DNA from: Eremomyces bilateralis CBS 781.70
Lineage: Eukaryota
Assembly (NCBI GenBank): GCA_010015585.1
Contig: ML975153.1
Length of the DNA stretch: 64,000 bases
Strand: one strand, 5' to 3'
Numbering within the stretch: the stretch's first letter is position 1; every line of letters begins with the position of its first letter. A model generated the notes under the pieces. That model saw only the letters and a program-made list of their open reading frames with translations. It was not told the DNA's origin and did not search any database. Of this stretch, positions 63,354 to 64,000 are shown one piece after another. The position numbers were made by a program, and so were the translations under genes.

Positions 63354-64000
63354 ATGAGACGACACGGCCCATTCGGCTGTTCTTTCATACTGATTGCGCT
63401 GGTGTCCTTGGCTGGAGCCCGCCAGCTACCGTACAATCCAGCCAAAATTCTTCGACCTCCTCAGCGAGAGGAGCTCGCATATGTGTTCCGTCCCTCTTCA
63501 GACGGGGAGCAGTTCGAGTTCACCTCAATCGACTTAACCTCGAACATTCAATCTTCAGACCTCCGAGAATCCGTGCTATACTCAACGTTGCCATTTCTCA
63601 CCAGCCGACATGACGGCTTCACAACGGCAATGGGAGAGGACGGGGAGATCACAGTTGTGTCAGGAAATTGTCTCTCTCCAACTGGGCCGCAAATCTGGAA
63701 GTTTTCCCCGGACGAGAACTCAAGAGAAGGGAACGGCACATGGATAAAGCAATCTCTCACGACGCATAATCTAGATCCAGTGGCAGGCGTAGCACCAGTC
63801 CCCTACTACCTAGCGTCGGGGATAAGTTTCACGTCATTACTAGGCGAGGCCACTGGAACGGACGACACCTCGACGACTTATATCTTTGGCGGGATGTGCT
63901 CCAAATCCGAGTCGACCGAAATATCAACGTGGCAGTCTGATGCGACATACAGCAATACCATGTTCAAGATCGATCGAGAGGCCGACGCTTCCAGGCTCGC
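63354..64000 (+). CDS. signal-peptide-bearing kelch / galactose-oxidase-like propeller protein, runs off the window
   Basis: Open frame MRRHG..FILIALVSLAGA-RQLPYNP..TLPFL..SGNC..GNGTW..YIFGGMC..YSNTM. Absent from the ORF track because no stop falls in the window. Confidence 0.7.
   Translation, partial: MRRHGPFGCSFILIALVSLAGARQLPYNPAKILRPPQREELAYVFRPSSDGEQFEFTSIDLTSNIQSSDLRESVLYSTLPFLTSRHDGFTTAMGEDGEITVVSGNCLSPTGPQIWKFSPDENSREGNGTWIKQSLTTHNLDPVAGVAPVPYYLASGISFTSLLGEATGTDDTSTTYIFGGMCSKSESTEISTWQSDATYSNTMFKIDREADASRL

Overview
Eukaryotic genomic DNA from a filamentous ascomycete (Pezizomycotina-type short introns with CTAAC/CTRAY branch points). It is mostly a compact housekeeping neighbourhood: CET1, RPN2, RTC5, mitochondrial bL36, an IMPACT protein, an ABHD12-like hydrolase, SWC3, NMT1, mitochondrial EF-G, a coiled-coil protein, LYS12, DUF1769, APQ12, an MFS permease, FOL3, a PL4 rhamnogalacturonan lyase, DOT5/PrxQ, TatD and a kelch-like secreted/membrane protein. 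Two transposon islands interrupt it. Island 1 (~2426-9834) splits the CET1/RPN2 divergent promoter. It holds an intact 14-exon Mutator-like (MULE) transposase gene, a remnant of a second MULE transposase and an intact hAT element with 17-bp TIRs and an 8-bp TSD. Island 2 (~26458-37055, two assembly gaps) holds a 3' LINE fragment, a RIP-damaged two-gene Helitron, a broken DUF726 fragment and a ~130-bp miniature copy of the island-1 MULE ends. The most striking unexplained signal is that the 13 introns of the MULE transposase, an intron of a second convergent gene and both UTRs are built from a degenerate 11-bp-periodic quasi-palindrome, ATT-N3-AAT-N2, not noticed in the host introns read. All gene models and alignments were done by eye; no database searches were run.
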